A DNA stretch of 64,000 bases from Eledone cirrhosa (GCA_964016885.1 OZ024750.1:12524001-12588000); one strand, 5' to 3'; numbered from the stretch's first letter, positions 27,746 through 42,690 are shown. The notes: generated from the letters alone by a model not told the origin. Program-made: numbers and translations.

Positions 27746-28428
27746 ACAAGAATAAGGGGTCGAAGAAGAAGATATAACATGAGATTTGACTTCAGCTAGT
27801 TCTCATATCTTCCTCAACAAACTTCATCTTCTGCAGTATTCAGCTAAGATCAGTTAACGAAGTCTATATAATAATGATATTTTGTCTGTTGCTAAATACA
27901 ATGCAGTAGATACAAACAAAGAAATCCAATTGTGATAAATTACATACAATTTCAAATATATGACGAGATAATAAAGGTAGGTCTTATTAAATGTTTCACT
28001 AGGAATAGCAGCTGTTAATAAGATAAGTTATCAATTAAGATATTTTAGATAATTATTTATATTGATATTCTTACTTGTTGTAAGGAATTCAATTTTATCT
28101 GAACATGAAGCTTCATTTCTTCCTTTTGTGTTGCTTTGTTTATATATATCATTTGTAGTTTTATCATTATTTCTAGTTTTATTATTAATTGTGACATCAA
28201 TTATGAAATAACTAAAATTATAATTTTGATTCACCTTGAAATCATTGAATTAAAGATTCTACTTGTTTAACCTTCTCTTTTACAATTCTATAAATCAAGC
28301 ATTACTTCAAATTTTAAACATTGTTGAAAAAACAATTGAAGTTGATATATAAAAACCCTTACAAAACATACCTCTTGTTACCAATCTGGCCTAAAACTAG
28401 TTCTACGATACATTACTGTTTGTTTTAA

Positions 28429-28624
28429 CCCTTTTGTTACCAACCCACCTAAAACCATCTCTGGTTCTATAAAACAGAACCACCAATTTTAATGGTTTCC
28501 AATTTAAGTTAAAATCTTCCAACATAATTTTATATAAGAACATTACATTAAGTAATAAAAAAAATTCCTCTTTAATTAATTGAAATAGTGTATTTATTTC
28601 ATTAGAAATGTGGTCATGAAAGAG
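28429..28624. mobile_element. Older TTAA-flanked MITE of a different family
   Basis: ttaa|cccttttgttacca ... tggtcatgaaagag|ttaa, degenerate TIRs. Confidence 0.45.
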
Positions 28625-31600
28625 TTAAGTTACTATCTTAGTATGAAATAATTAATAATTTTAGTAAATTCCTCAAAATTCTTCATTAATTAATTAAAAT
28701 AGTGTATTTCATTAGAAATATGGTCATGAAAGGGTGAAATTATTATCAATTATATGTTTGTTTTCCTAAGTCAAATCTTATTTGGAGTTTCTACCTGCCT
28801 TAGTGAATTTGTATCAAATTTATTATAGATAACTGCTGACCTAAGTGAATATATAATAGTATTTGTATGGAATAAATATTTCATTTCTTTTTTTCTGTTG
28901 TAATTCAAGACCTAGAGTAAATAGATCTAGTGTATTAATATCATATAAACTTACTTTACTCTCAGACTTTCAATGTTGTTTATCTGTTTGATAGCAGTTA
29001 AATTATAGGATATCTTTCACTTTAAATATTTGATTTAATCTCAAATTTTAAGTTTGTTTTATTTGTTGTAGAATGCTTAATACCATTAAAAGACTGGGAA
29101 AATAGTAATGAAGTAATTACTGTTTTGAGATGTTTTAAAATATATTTTACAAATATTATAATTTATATCATATGTAATAAAATCACTTTACATCTTGTGA
29201 GCAAATACTTTCCATTTGAAAGGGTTCTTAAGAAAGTCAATGGTTGATCTTTATTTAGATTATTCATGTCAAAAACTAGTCTTAACCCTTATAATACCAC
29301 TGAAATAAGTCATTGGTTACTGTAGTTCATCATCATCATCGTTTAATGTCCATTTTCCACACTAACATGGGTTAGACGAGCTGTCCCATTGTGAACAAAC
29401 CAGGTTGGAGGACTGCTTTTTATTGCGACACCTACATGACCACTTTACAGTGTGGGCTGGGTGTTTTTTGTCATGTCACCAACATGATCACTTTACAGAA
29501 AAAACTCTCTTGAAGAATATATATTTTTTTTTGTCTCCATATCAAATCCCATGCTATCATATTATAGTGTAAGTGGTTGGGCATTCGACAGACACATATA
29601 CCTTTAATGTAATTTTCAGGGAGATTCAGTGTGACACAGTATATGACATGGCTAACCCATTGAATTACAAATACAGTCAATCTGATGGGCTTCCAGCCAG
29701 TTACCATCTCTCCAGTTTCACTCACAAGGTATAGGTCAACCCAAGGCTATGGTAAATAAAACTTGCCTAAGATGCCACACAGTTGAATTGAAGCAAGGAC
29801 CTAATGATTGCAAGACAAACTTCTCAACTATTTTGTTCAAACTGCATCCACAGTTTTCAATTAATTTAGGATTATACAATGAAAGGCATATGAATAACTC
29901 TCTCATTCAAAATTGGAGTTTAAAACTGGTTAAAGGCAAGAAGTTCAAACATGTGATATAAAAAAACAACAAAATATTTGATTGAGTAAAATAAAATGAA
30001 GATATATGTAAATTTTATTAACTAAAAGAATTTTCCTATCTCAGCTTATTAGAATAACTCCCTATACTTATTGTATATATAATTGTTGTTTTGTTTTATT
30101 TTAATCTGGTTTTTTAAATCTGAAAGCTTGAGCTGAATCCTAATTTGTTTCCTTCTTCTGTTGTCAAATAATGCAAATATCTCTCAAAACTCTATTAATG
30201 CAATCTTATTTGTTTATAGGTGGATAATAATATCTAAACAAAATACATGAAGTGTGTAATATTAGAAAAGTTTCAAAAACTAATGATAAGAATGTTCTTG
30301 TTGCCTTATATATATCTTTCCTTGAAGTACAACAGTTGAAAGCAACTAGGAATATTGTGAATAATACTTTATAAATAGTTGAAACGTTGGAATAAATTGT
30401 TTACTGTGAGAGAAAAAAAAAAAGTCTGATGCAGAATATTACAAGCTTCCATAGATTCTATTGGGTTTCTGTATAATAATTACCTGACTCAGGTAACATT
30501 GAATAATTGCAAGTTGATAAATATAATAAATAGATAGCATATATATATTTATTTATTTAATCGATTTAAACATCCGTATAGAGCTAGGGAAAGTATTGAG
30601 TACTCCTTATAGTTGGTAATCAAAAAGAGCTAATGAGATAAATAAAAATAAATTTAAAAAAGGAAGAAAAAAACAAAAAAATAAACATAAATATATAAAC
30701 CTTTATATAAATTAATACTTCAACATTATCTTAGCAGCAAATTAGGAAAATTTGAAATATATATTTACTTACTTTCTTTATATTTTTGTTCCTAAAATGA
30801 TCATTGTCATTTTATCACTCCTTTCCATGCTGGCATGGGTTCAACATGTCATCACAGTTACAGTGTTCTTAGAGAGGCCACAGGAGTAAATCTTACTTGG
30901 TCATCACAGTTAGTTACTGTGTTCTTAGAGAGGCTGGAGGACTAAATCTTAATTGTATGTTCCACGTTTAGCATGGTTTCTATGGCCAGATGCCGTTTCT
31001 TGTTCAGACTAAAAACTAAAATATATTGTTTATTCTTTTCAGAATATAATCACCTTGGAGTAATAATAGCTATACAATTTTTTTATTAATATAAGCCCTT
31101 AAAATCATAGTTGTTAGTTCTCAAAGTAAGTGTCTAGGTAAACTAACATATTTAATCTCCATAGTTTTGTGAAAAGACATTAATCTTTGTTCCAGTAATA
31201 AAGGTACAGAAAGATCATCCATTGTTAAAATCTTGATATTATTATAAATATTGTCATTAAGTGTAAGATCACAAATAATAAAACTTCTGATGATTTTCTT
31301 GTGTCAAAGAAACCATTGTAACTATAGAAGTAGATTTAATAGGTAATTTCATGGCAACGGAGGTGTGAATAACATTTTACTGTATTTACAGAATCAATAA
31401 AAGTGTCAACTTCTTTATTATTTATTGTAGTTGTAAGAATTGACTTTTGAATAGAACCTGATGGAGCTGCAAATGTAAAAATGGCACTTGATGACATTGG
31501 ACATAGTTATGGCCCTTTACGTTCTGAGTTCAAATCCACCGAGGTCAACTTTGCCTTTCATCCTTACGGGTGTCGATAAAATAAAGTACCAGTAATGCAC

Positions 31601-34259
31601 TGGGATAATTGCTGGCCTTGTGCCAAAAGTAGAAACAATTATTGTTAGGGTGATGGATTAGCTGACTCGATAGAGCATCTGAGAACATGATTTACAGCAT
31701 TTAGTTATGTTCTGATTTCAAATCCTGCTGAAGTCAATTTTGCCTGTCATCTTTTCAGGGTTCATTGATAAAGTTCTGGGGCTAATCTAATATAATTTCC
31801 CTACCTTCTAAAAATTGTTGACGTATCTAAATTAGAAACTATTGTTAGATCAACATACTTTTGAGCGGTGACCCTTTTCTTCATATGAATTCCAAAAAGA
31901 TTCTTTGGTAGCACATTCATGTTATTCATAAATTTTTCAACCATAAAAAACACACATACAAAAAAAAACAAAGTATTTATAATCCTTTTTAATAGCAGGC
32001 TGAGGAAGAGAATCATTAGAATTACTTGATCATGTTGTAAAAGCTCTGGTACCTCATTAGGGAAATATTTTGTTGATTCTCAATTACAGTGATTATCATT
32101 CAACTGGGCTTGTTCTCATGTTAATGCTTGTTGTGTTACATTTGCTAAACTGGGGTTTACTATTTTCAACTAATCTTTCACAAACAACATTCGGTAACAA
32201 ACTTATTGCTTGTTGCTTCTGAGTTGTCAATAATTGATGGTTAAAAACTATATATTTTACTTTATAAAAGTGGTGTTTATAGCTGCTTTTAGAAATATAA
32301 TTTTCTTAATAAGAATTTATCTTCCTATTATCATCATCACAGTTTAACATCCATTTTTTACAAGCTAGCATGGGTTAGACGAGTTGTCCCATTGTGAGAC
32401 AAGTCAGATCAAGTGATCAGGTCTAGCTCAAACAGAACAGTTTCTGGTGAAGTTTCTACATTTGGATGCCCTTCCTAATATCAACCATATTTATAGCATG
32501 GACTGGGGGATTTTCATCATGACACCAAAACAACCAACTGACAGGTTGGACTGGGTACTTTTTCATTGTTTCAACAGTATGATCACTTTACAGAGTGGAC
32601 TGGGGTTTTTTTTTTTGTCATGCCACACACACAACCATTTTACATATATCTTTATATATATATATATGGATGTATGTGAGTGGTTGTGTATATCTACTCT
32701 GTCTGAAGTCTGTCTCAAGCCAGGAAACTTGTCTGGCCCGTGCTTATCCCATCCCAGCTTAGTGGCATGGAATGGCTGAGAGTACAGGACACCAGTTCTT
32801 TGCAGGCTAAAATTTATAGTGCTACACACACACACACACGCACGCACACACGTACACACACACACACACGTATATATATATGTATATATATATGTATGTA
32901 TATATGTATATATGTATGTATATATGTATATATGTATGTATATATGTGTATATATATGTGTATGTATATATGTGTATATATATGTGTATGTATATATGTG
33001 TGTATATATGTGTATATATATGTGTATGTATATATGTGTATATATATGTGTATGTATATATGTGTATATATATGTATGTATATATGTGTATATATGTATG
33101 TATATATATGTATATATGTATGTATATATATGTATATATGTATGTATATATATGTATGTATGTGTATATATGCCTGTAAAACATTGTCCATCATTCTATG
33201 CCTGTACTTAGTAGGAACAATTTGCTTTAGTTTACTTACATTTCCTTATACATACTTTTCTATGTAAGACATGTTATCCATTGCCAACATGGAAGCCATG
33301 CAGAATAACTCTCAAGATAACACTATATGTTTTTCTTCTATATTACTTGTCTTAAAGCAGCTATAGTAACAGCAGTGATAGCTGTAATAATAGCAATATC
33401 ACTAATATCAATAGTATAGCCATCTCACACAAATGCATTAGAAAGTACAAAGGAATCATTGATAAAGATAAAGAAAAAAAAAAACTTCCAAAAGTTTTAT
33501 CCGTCAATTTAAGTTTGCGGCCATCTTTTATTTGACTGGCAAACCAACACAGGTGTACTGTGGCTGATAATATGTTGAAAACCATTATAGTCATGCAAAC
33601 ATGAAGAACAGATGTTAAACAGTGATGGTGATGACTTAGATTTTACAAATGTCACATTTTACAATATGTTCTTTTATGTTTAAATAGATTATTAGTAAGA
33701 ATTTCAGATGTTTTCTTTTATACCATTTTTAACTATGAAGTAAATAACAATGGTTGTATTTTATTATAGAAAGACTTATACAACAAGGAATACTAAAGCT
33801 GAATAGATAAAATATATATAGTAAAACCAAAGAAGTTCTTATTTATCCACTTATTCCTGGGCGGGGGTGCGGGGGGGGGGGGGGCGCGAGACAGAGTCCT
33901 CCAGCACTTCTTCCAGCAGGTCCTGTCAGAAGCAATCAACTCCAATTGATCTAGCTGGATTCCCAAGTGAGACCAGCCAAGCTCATGGATGTTATTCAAG
34001 CATCTTGCTCAGGGTCTCCCCCTGGGTGTTCTGGGACATTCTAACAACATGTCCATAGTATCGGAGCTGCGATCACTCAATTTGGAGATGTAGTGGCTCT
34101 ACTTGGAGCGACTCTCTGATCTACAAGATACGCATTCTATTGAGTAACATTACTCCAAAGACCCTTCAGAGTAACCCCATTTCGGCCGCTTGTATTTATG
34201 ATCATATTCTTTTGGTCAGTAGATAAGATTCATGACCATTGTTAATGGTTATATATATA

Positions 34260-34472
34260 TAAAAGTCAATCGACTTTCGTCAAATCGGACCGAGGAAACA
34301 ATGTTTCCGTTGGTCTTTCCAATTGCTAATACTCTCTATTGGTCACAACTCCAGGTAGAAGGAGCAACATGAAATAAAGTGTCTTGCCCAAGGACATAAC
34401 GCATCGCCTGGTCCGAGAATCGAACTCACAACCTCACGATTGCGAATCCAATTCGCTAACCACTCAGCCACG

Positions 34473-34473
<1 letters not shown>
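34260..34473 (-). mobile_element. CORE-like SINE with a third type of 3' region
   Basis: ggagcaacatgaaataaagtgtcttgcccaagg core and a tRNA-like head at about 34405-34473. Confidence 0.75.
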
Positions 34474-34525
<52 letters not shown>

Positions 34526-35115
34526 TATAGCAAGGGTAAAATATAACTCTATTCATATAAAGAGAGCGCTATAGAAGAGTATATGATTGGCAAATAGCTT
34601 TATATAAAGCTCAATGTGTTTATGAAGTTATGTATGGAAGATATGAAAGATATTTTTAAGGTAATATATACAGAAAGATAGACATAAACACTGAGTTTAT
34701 CCAACCAAAGATAAAGATAGAATTAGGATCTTATCTAATTTATTTCCTGAAAATTGTTTCAGTGTTGTCACCAATCATTACACAGTGTAAAAGGTAGAAT
34801 AGAATTGTGTATAACATGTGTAAAGAAAATTGACCAAACCTCTTCAGAGGTAAAGATAATCAGAAAATAAAACAAAAACAGACTGAAACTATTGAGAGGC
34901 AAGGACATGTATCTTTTTCTTTGGTATGTGTTGTGTGTGTGTGTGTTGTTTGTGTGTATGTGTGTTTGTGTTCATGTGTATGTATGTTGTGTTTGTGTTC
35001 ATGTGTATGTTGTGTGTGTGGGTTTGTGTCTTCTTTTGGTCTTTTTTTGTGTGTGTTTTATTCTGTTCTCTTCACACCAACAGTCTTTCGAAACAAATAA
35101 AGAAACTTCTATATG

Positions 35116-35154
<39 letters not shown>

Positions 35155-35801
35155 ATATATGTATATATGTGTGTGTATATATGTGTGTATATGTGTATAT
35201 ATGTATATATGTGTATATGTATGTATGTATATGTGTATATACATGTATATGTGTATATATATGTATATGTGTATATATATGTATATGTGCATATACATCT
35301 ATATGTGTATATATATGTATGTATATGTGTATATATATATGTATATGTGTATATATATATGTATGTGTATATATATGTATATATATGTATGTGTATATAT
35401 ATGTATGTGTGTATATATATGTATGTGTGTATATATATGTATGTGTGTATATGTATGTGTGTATATATATGTATGTGTGTATACATATGTATGTGTGTAT
35501 ATGTATGTGTGTATATATATGTATGTGTGTATATGTGTATATACATGTATATGTGTATATACATGTATATGTATGTGTATGTGTGTGTATATATATGTAT
35601 GTATATATATATGTGTATATATATATATATATATGTGTATATATATATATGTGTGTATATATATATATATGTGTGTATATACATGTGTGTATATATATAT
35701 GTGTATATATGTGTGTGTATATATATGTGTGTGTGTATATATATGTGTGTGTGTGTATATATATGTGTGTATATATATGTATGTGTGTATATATATATGT
35801 A

Positions 35802-35847
<46 letters not shown>

Positions 35848-36282
35848 GTATATATATATATATATATGTATATAGTATATATATATATATATATGTATCA
35901 TTATAGATCTCTTGTGCTGTTAACATCTGTATAACTTTAATTCTATATCGAGTAGAATTAATCTATGAAAATTATTTACATTTCTAAGTAGATTTATTCT
36001 TGAGACTGTTAATTTCCAACATACCAACCGTCATTACATTTTACAAATCATAAAGCTATTTCTGAACATCTAGAATTACTTTTCATAGCTGATTTCAATT
36101 ACACTCTGAATTACTTTAGTTATCCCACCCTATATATCTATAGAACAAGGTTAAGTTGGATAACTATAACCCGTACCTGACACCATAAAGTTGCAGCAAT
36201 GTTTTGATTGACAATGATAAAATTAGTTACATTAACCTTATAAATGCTTTCTACAGATTCATCCTACAGGACTAAATTGAAA

Positions 36283-36346
<64 letters not shown>

Positions 36347-36797
36347 CCGATGGGCTTTTTATTCCAGAGTCGGGCCAGATCAATACAGATCGAATCATGA
36401 GCTGATCAATAGCAAAATACGCGTCACCAATCAATAAACGTAATGAAGGCTTATCAAATTGTCCTTGTATTATTATTATTATTATATTACACTAAAAGGG
36501 CGGTGGATTGGGCGCCATGCTTTGACTCAAAGAGTTACGGCCCTTTATGGTCTGAGTTCAAATCCCGCCGAGGTTAACTTTGCCTTTCATCCTTACGGGG
36601 TCGATGAAATAAAGTACCAGTAATGCACTGAGATAATTGCTGGCCTTGTGCCAAAAGTAGAAATAATTATTATTATATTAAACTCTGTTTATCTCTACAC
36701 CTCGCCACTGACATGAGCCTAAACATCGAGTGCTCACCTGGGTGAACCTACAGTAACTTCTCGTTTCACTCCCTATATATAATAATATATATATATA

Positions 36798-37133
36798 TCA
36801 TCATCATCATCATTTTACGTCTGCTTTTCCCTTCTTGCAAGGGTGGGGCGGGAACTGATTCTGGCTTGATTTCTACAGCTGGATGCCCTTCCTAACACCA
36901 ACCTCATTTACAGTGAGTGCTGGGTGCTTTTTTGCCGTGGCACCTCCACGACCACTTTGCAGTGGAATGATATGGACCCCAGTCCCTATCATCTCATTTC
37001 TAAAGCTGAGTAAACTGGAGCAATGTGAAATAAAGTGTCTTGCTCAAGGAAACAACACATCACCCGGTCTGATAATTGAACTCACAACCTTTCGATTGCA
37101 AGGCCAATGCTCTAACCGCTAAGCCATGTGCCT
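36798..37133 (-). mobile_element. CORE-like SINE copy
   Basis: Near-identical to 2884-3232. Confidence 0.85.
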
Positions 37134-37473
37134 CTCTCTCTCTATATATATATATATAAAATCTTTGAGTAATTTAAAAGTTTTTTTATATATGTGTATA
37201 AAAATGACCCAAATATGCCATGTGTCAGGACCACACCCCCTATGACTCCATCAGGAATTATGAGGAACTTTACTGTTACCTTTATATGTATATAGAGGCC
37301 AGATCAGAGGTGAAATCAGGTGGGGTAGTTAGCATTGGTCTGATTTTGACAGGGATGGTTTACTCACCTCAAAATTTAGTTCTTTTATTCAGATGTGTTA
37401 TAGGTATAGGTATATATATATATATATATATATTAAAATATAAATATTAATAAAATAGATGTTCTTTTGATCA

Positions 37474-37528
37474 ATTACATTTTATTATACATATTTCGGA
37501 TGTACGTCCTCATCAGACAAAATATAAT
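37474..37528 (-). ncRNA. Minimal type-I hammerhead ribozyme motif (Penelope-like)
   Basis: Minus strand reads attatattttgt CTGATGA gga-cgtaca-tcc GAAA tatgta TA ataaaatgtaat. Intact core, 12-bp stem I (2 G-U), 3-bp stem II, quasi-palindromic stem III, AUA cleavage triplet. Confidence 0.8.
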
Positions 37529-37667
37529 GTTACATGACATACCCTGAGATGTTAAATGGTTAAGATTTAATCAAGATTTAACTCAGGAAAATTTTTTTTT
37601 ACGTAGAGTGCTTTCAATCTACTGTAACACTCATTCTTTGACATACTCATTGAATATTGTTTAACAC

Positions 37668-37717
<50 letters not shown>

Positions 37718-37975
37718 CATCATCATCGTTTAACGTCCATCTTCCATGCTTGCATGGGTTTGGACGGGAGTTTTCCCACTTGAGGCAAGATTGGTTGTCT
37801 TGCTCGTATAGGACTGTCTGGCGGGTTTTCTACAGCTGGATGCCCTTCCTAACACCAACCACGTTTACAGTGTGGACTGGGAGGGTTTTTACCGTGTTAC
37901 CTACACGGCCACATTACAGCGTGGACTGTGTTTTTTTTGTCGTGACACCTACACGACCTCATTTGTTTCGGACTG

Positions 37976-38017
<42 letters not shown>

Positions 38018-39527
38018 ATACATGTATATACCTATAACCAATATATAAACACTATATATTTAGCACTGATTACTAAAATAAATCATGAGCAGTTTCAAAT
38101 TTTGGCTTGGACGTATTAGCTTGAGAGATCATAGCTCTGGTACTATGGGTATCTGGTTAGAATGTCTCAGAAAAGAATCACTGGACATATTTTACAGACA
38201 AAACCAACCAGCAGGAGACCTAGGGGTAGATCCAGAGCAAGATTGTTGGATAACATCCATGAGCTTGGCTGGTCTCGCTTGGGGATCCAGCTAGATCATT
38301 AGAACAGTTGCTTCTGACAGGACCTGCTGGAAAGAGTGTTTCAGGACCATCTCGGAAATAAGTGAGAGCAGAAGATGATGATTATATGGTTTAGCTATTA
38401 AGTAAATATTGATATTACAGCCTAGGTTTGGAACATGTTGCATTGGAAAATTTCAATTCCTAGAAGACACAATTAAAACTTTATAATTCTATTTAATTCC
38501 AATAAATTTGTCTGTGCAGATTTAATTAACTCTTCCAAAATAAACTTCTGGCCACTTTCTCAGAGTGCAAATAATGGTACAGAACGATTCTAGTTTTACC
38601 TATGGTTTTATTGAAACATAGAAATTTACCATTTTTGCCTAAGGTAGAAAATTAGTTTCTATTTGAGAATATAATAAACTGCATGCAATATATGTCTGAA
38701 TTATTTTAAACATCGACTCAACTAGTGTCAGATAAATATATATATATATATATTAGGTCTAAACATAATGGAATTAAACTCTCATTATCACTGCCTCTGT
38801 CTCTCTCACTCCCCCCATCTCTTACTATTATAAGCACATGAGGGCCCATGTGTTAGCTGCCCTGTGGCCCCAGCAGACAGAATAGAGAAGAGCTTTTGTT
38901 ATTTACTTTTATCATTTTTCTTCCCAAACTGCCCAGAAAACAAAATTGTCAAATTTTAATTTAAAGATTTTGGTGATTGATTTCCATTTAATAAGTACCA
39001 GAATTCAGCTGTTAATGAACTAAATATTTTTCTTCGAAAATATAAAAATAGACAAGAAGACATTGAGGATGATGATGATTGGGAGATTATCTTAAAAGAA
39101 ATGAAATACAATTTATATTAAGGAATATATGCATTTATCAATTTTCTTTTAATATGTATTTTCATTATCGTTATTATTATTTTTATTATTATATAAGAAT
39201 CAATATATTTTTAAAAGAGGAAAATGTTATGGCATGTTTATATAGTTTTGTTATTTTGAATGTATTTATTTTATGTTTTGTTCTTTTCATCTTATCAAAA
39301 ATCTAATATTTAATTATTTATATGGATTTTTGTAAAATAGTAGTTTGCTGCAGTTGGTGTTTTTTGTATTGATTCTCTAATATATATTAATGTTATTGGT
39401 ATCAATGATGATAAAATTGTGATACATCATGGCATAAAAGAGATGATATTTCTGTATAAGAATATATATGTAGCAGCAATGTATTTGTTTTGCAAGGTTT
39501 TTGATATGAAATCGTGTGTTGAAACAG

Positions 39528-39739
39528 ATACTGCTATATTGGGGGAGAGTCATGTTGTCCTAATACTGCCAAAATATAGTAAAACACACTCACTGTTTGG
39601 TTTGGTTTTCACTTCAGTATATTTATTGCCAGCTAAATTATTTATATAAATATACTGAAGCGAAAACCAAACCAAATAGTGAGTGTTTTATTATTTTTTG
39701 GCAATATTAAGACATGATTCTCTCCAAATATAACAATAT
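39528..39739. repeat. Imperfect inverted repeat, arms of about 95-100 bp, 19-nt spacer
   Basis: aaacactcactgtttggtttggttttcacttcagtatatttat pairs with ataaatatactgaagcgaaaaccaaaccaaatagtgagtgttt; pairing extends outward with mismatches. Confidence 0.9.
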
Positions 39740-40453
39740 ATGTGTAGCCTTGCTTTAAAATAATTTTTCCCCTAAAACCCATTTTGAGAGCGGTCATGCA
39801 TATTTGACAACTAATTTTCATCTATATGGATGTCGTGCAACAAAGATTGTGTCTGTTCACTGGGCAAATTGCAAAACTCTGTGTAAACACATCAAATCTA
39901 TATTTCAGAATTACCAGTTGCAGATATGTATTTGATTATATGAAAAGTGACAAGGGTCAATATATGGTCATGATTACATCTTAGCTGAATGAGACCCAGT
40001 TATAACAAAATTGTAATCATTCAGTTGTCAGAATCACTTATCTTGTTGTAGGGTTTATTTTACTCCAAGGATAAATATATCATCATTTATAGAATTAAAT
40101 GTTTATTTTAGTGGGGGATAAAAAAAATCTTTTTAGCTGTTGGATAGGTTCCATGCTGGAACATGTAAAAATAAATAAACTTAATAGCCCTATCTTTACA
40201 TTCTTAATATAAATAAAATCATGATATGATAAAAAATATATACTTGTAGATAATTAAAACTTATTTTATGGGTGTGCAGTAGTAAACATGGTGTCTAGAT
40301 TTTATGTAGAAAATTCTGCTTCCATCTTCGTTAACAGAGCAAATATATTTTCTGAAGAAATTGTGATGTTTAGTTTTATATAATAAAACTTGAAATATCT
40401 TTTAACAAGCTAACACTTCTGAATTTCATTTCATTTTCTTTTTTTAATTTCAG

Positions 40454-40510
40454 AAACTAAACACTGCTTTGCATTACGCATCTTCATCGGGTTTGAAAAA
40501 TTGTGTTGAG
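40454..40510 (+). CDS. ANKIB1: ANKIB1 coding exon 3 (57 nt, absent from the ORF track): KLNTALHYASSSGLKNCVE
   Basis: tttcag acceptor ending at 40453, donor gtgaga at 40511, phase 0-0. Ankyrin TxLHYA motif, collinear with ANKIB1 KKNTPLHYAAASGMKACVE. Confidence 0.93.
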
Positions 40511-41021
40511 GTGAGAACATTTTGATTTTAAATTACTTTTGTTTTTTTAATATCACATCTTCATTATTTCATATATTGAAATAAAATTTACCTTTTAAAA
40601 ATGTTTAAAGCAAGTGAAAACACTCACAATATCACCACAAATGATAGTTTCTGATTTAGGCACAAGGCAGTCAATTTTGGGGAAGGGGAAAGTCGATTAG
40701 ATCGACCCCAGTGTGTGACTGGTACTTTATTTTATTGACTCCATAAGGATGAAAGGCATGCACTAGTCATGTGATGTGCATCATCAACTACTACATGTGT
40801 AAAAGAGAGGAACTAGAGAGAGGTAACGATGGAGGCACCAAGTTGATGGAGTAGGTTATAAAAGTTACTGAGTTACAACATTACAAGTAATTTATATACA
40901 CCTTAGTCAGTCCTGTTCAATAACAGTTTCAATTAATGTTTATTTGGTCAATGTCTGTAAGATTATCTTCATGGCTACTATCTCAAAAATAATATTGACA
41001 TTATTTTAAGTAAAACTAATG

Positions 41022-41083
41022 TATTGGGTTGTCAAGTATGAAATTTGTTTTTTTCTACAAATTTCATACTTGACGATCCAATA
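41022..41083. mobile_element. Mariner-type mini-MITE (two TIRs plus a short spacer)
   Basis: TAttgggttgtcaagtatgaaatttgt / acaaatttcatacttgacgatccaaTA. Confidence 0.75.
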
Positions 41084-42091
41084 GTTATGTTGGTCTTTTT
41101 TTATGAACATATTATGTAAGCCAAACCGAAATTGTGGTTTTACAATTTTCAGTGATATATAATGTAATTTAGTACATACGCTAAGTCTGAGAATAACACA
41201 GTAGTTTGAGATTCTAGCTTATTGCTTGCAGGTATAAGTAACATAAATATTGATTGAATTTTCCGAATTGGGTGTATTTAATGTTTAGATAGTGAAGATT
41301 TCCAAAACCAAAATTTAGCAAAATATGTTTTATGCTATATCGTTTATACTTTGAAAAAAGAAAAAAATTCATATACTTATCACCTTCATCTGGTTTTTAA
41401 ATCAATCGTTAGTTGTAATAAATAAAGTTACCATGGTTAGGAATATTGATTTCCCCCCCCCCCCCCCCCCTCGCCTCATTTGGTTACAAAGATCTTCTTT
41501 CTAGTTATTCTTAATTTTCATTTATTTTATTTTTAAGCATTTTCTTTTTCGGCAATTGATTTATTAAAGAAAACCATTTTCGACTCTTGTTTTGTTTCAA
41601 TCATGAAGTTCTAGTTTCTTCTTAGTTTCTTCTTAGTTTCTTCTTAGAAAAGATTTGGTTGTACTACATTCCTGGAACTAAATAGAAAATATATATCTGT
41701 TAATTCCTTTTCAGGCTTTCCTTTAATTGTAGTTATGCCCCATGGAGTAAAAACAGTTTTATTTCTGTTTATACTAGTAATGTAATTAAATAATTCTTTC
41801 TAACATTGGCACAAGGCTAGGAATTTGGGGTAAGGGGAATGTTGATTATATCCACCCTAGTACTGCGACTTTATTGTATCGGCCCCTGGACGGATAAAAG
41901 GCAAAGTTAACCTCTGCAGGGGTTTGAACTCAGAATTAAGATCATAAGTCCAACACCCTTACCACTAGGCCACACACCTCCACAATCTACCTTAGTACTG
42001 ATACTTTATTTTATCAACCCCTGCAAAGTTGATCTCAGCAGGATTTGAACTCAGAATGTAAAGAGCTGAAACAAATACTCTGACAGCTCTG

Positions 42092-42377
42092 CCAAACCCA
42101 CCATCCAAACCCACCATCCAAACCCACCATCCAAACCCACCATCCAAACCCACCATCCAAATCCACCATCCAAATCCACCATCCAAATCCACCATCCAAA
42201 CCCACCATCCAAATCCACCATCCAAATCCACCATCCAAATCCACCATCCAAATCCACCATCCAAACCCACCATCCAAATCCACCATCCAAATCCACCATC
42301 CAAATCCACCATCCAAACCCACCATCCAAATCCACCATCCAAATCCACCATCCAAATCCACCATCCAAATCCACCAT
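42092..42377 (+). repeat. 13-bp minisatellite, 22 copies of CCAAAYCCACCAT
   Basis: 286 nt = 22 x 13; begins at the 5' terminus of a minus-strand Meta-like SINE. Confidence 0.95.
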
Positions 42378-42690
42378 TCTAATGTAATTAAATAATGTAA
42401 GATACTTAGTTGAAGACAAAACTGTCTCTAGCTACTCTAACTCATAATTTTTTTATCATTAATAATAACAATTGATAGTTATTAATTTTAATTATTATCT
42501 TTGTCAATGGTATTTTATTTTGTTCAAAATGACAATTTTTTTTACTCAAGTAGAAATTCTTGACATGAGAGCTTTTGTGGTAACATTCTAAAATTACAAA
42601 CAGTTCTTGAATAGAAACTGTAAATTTTGGAATAATTTTCATTTTATTAAATACACAATTATATAGTTGTGTTGTGTGTGTGTTTGTATG

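Noticed and set aside
41992-42419. MVDLDGGFGWW repeat protein
   Set aside because: Translation of a 13-bp minisatellite; the same peptide appears in all three frames.
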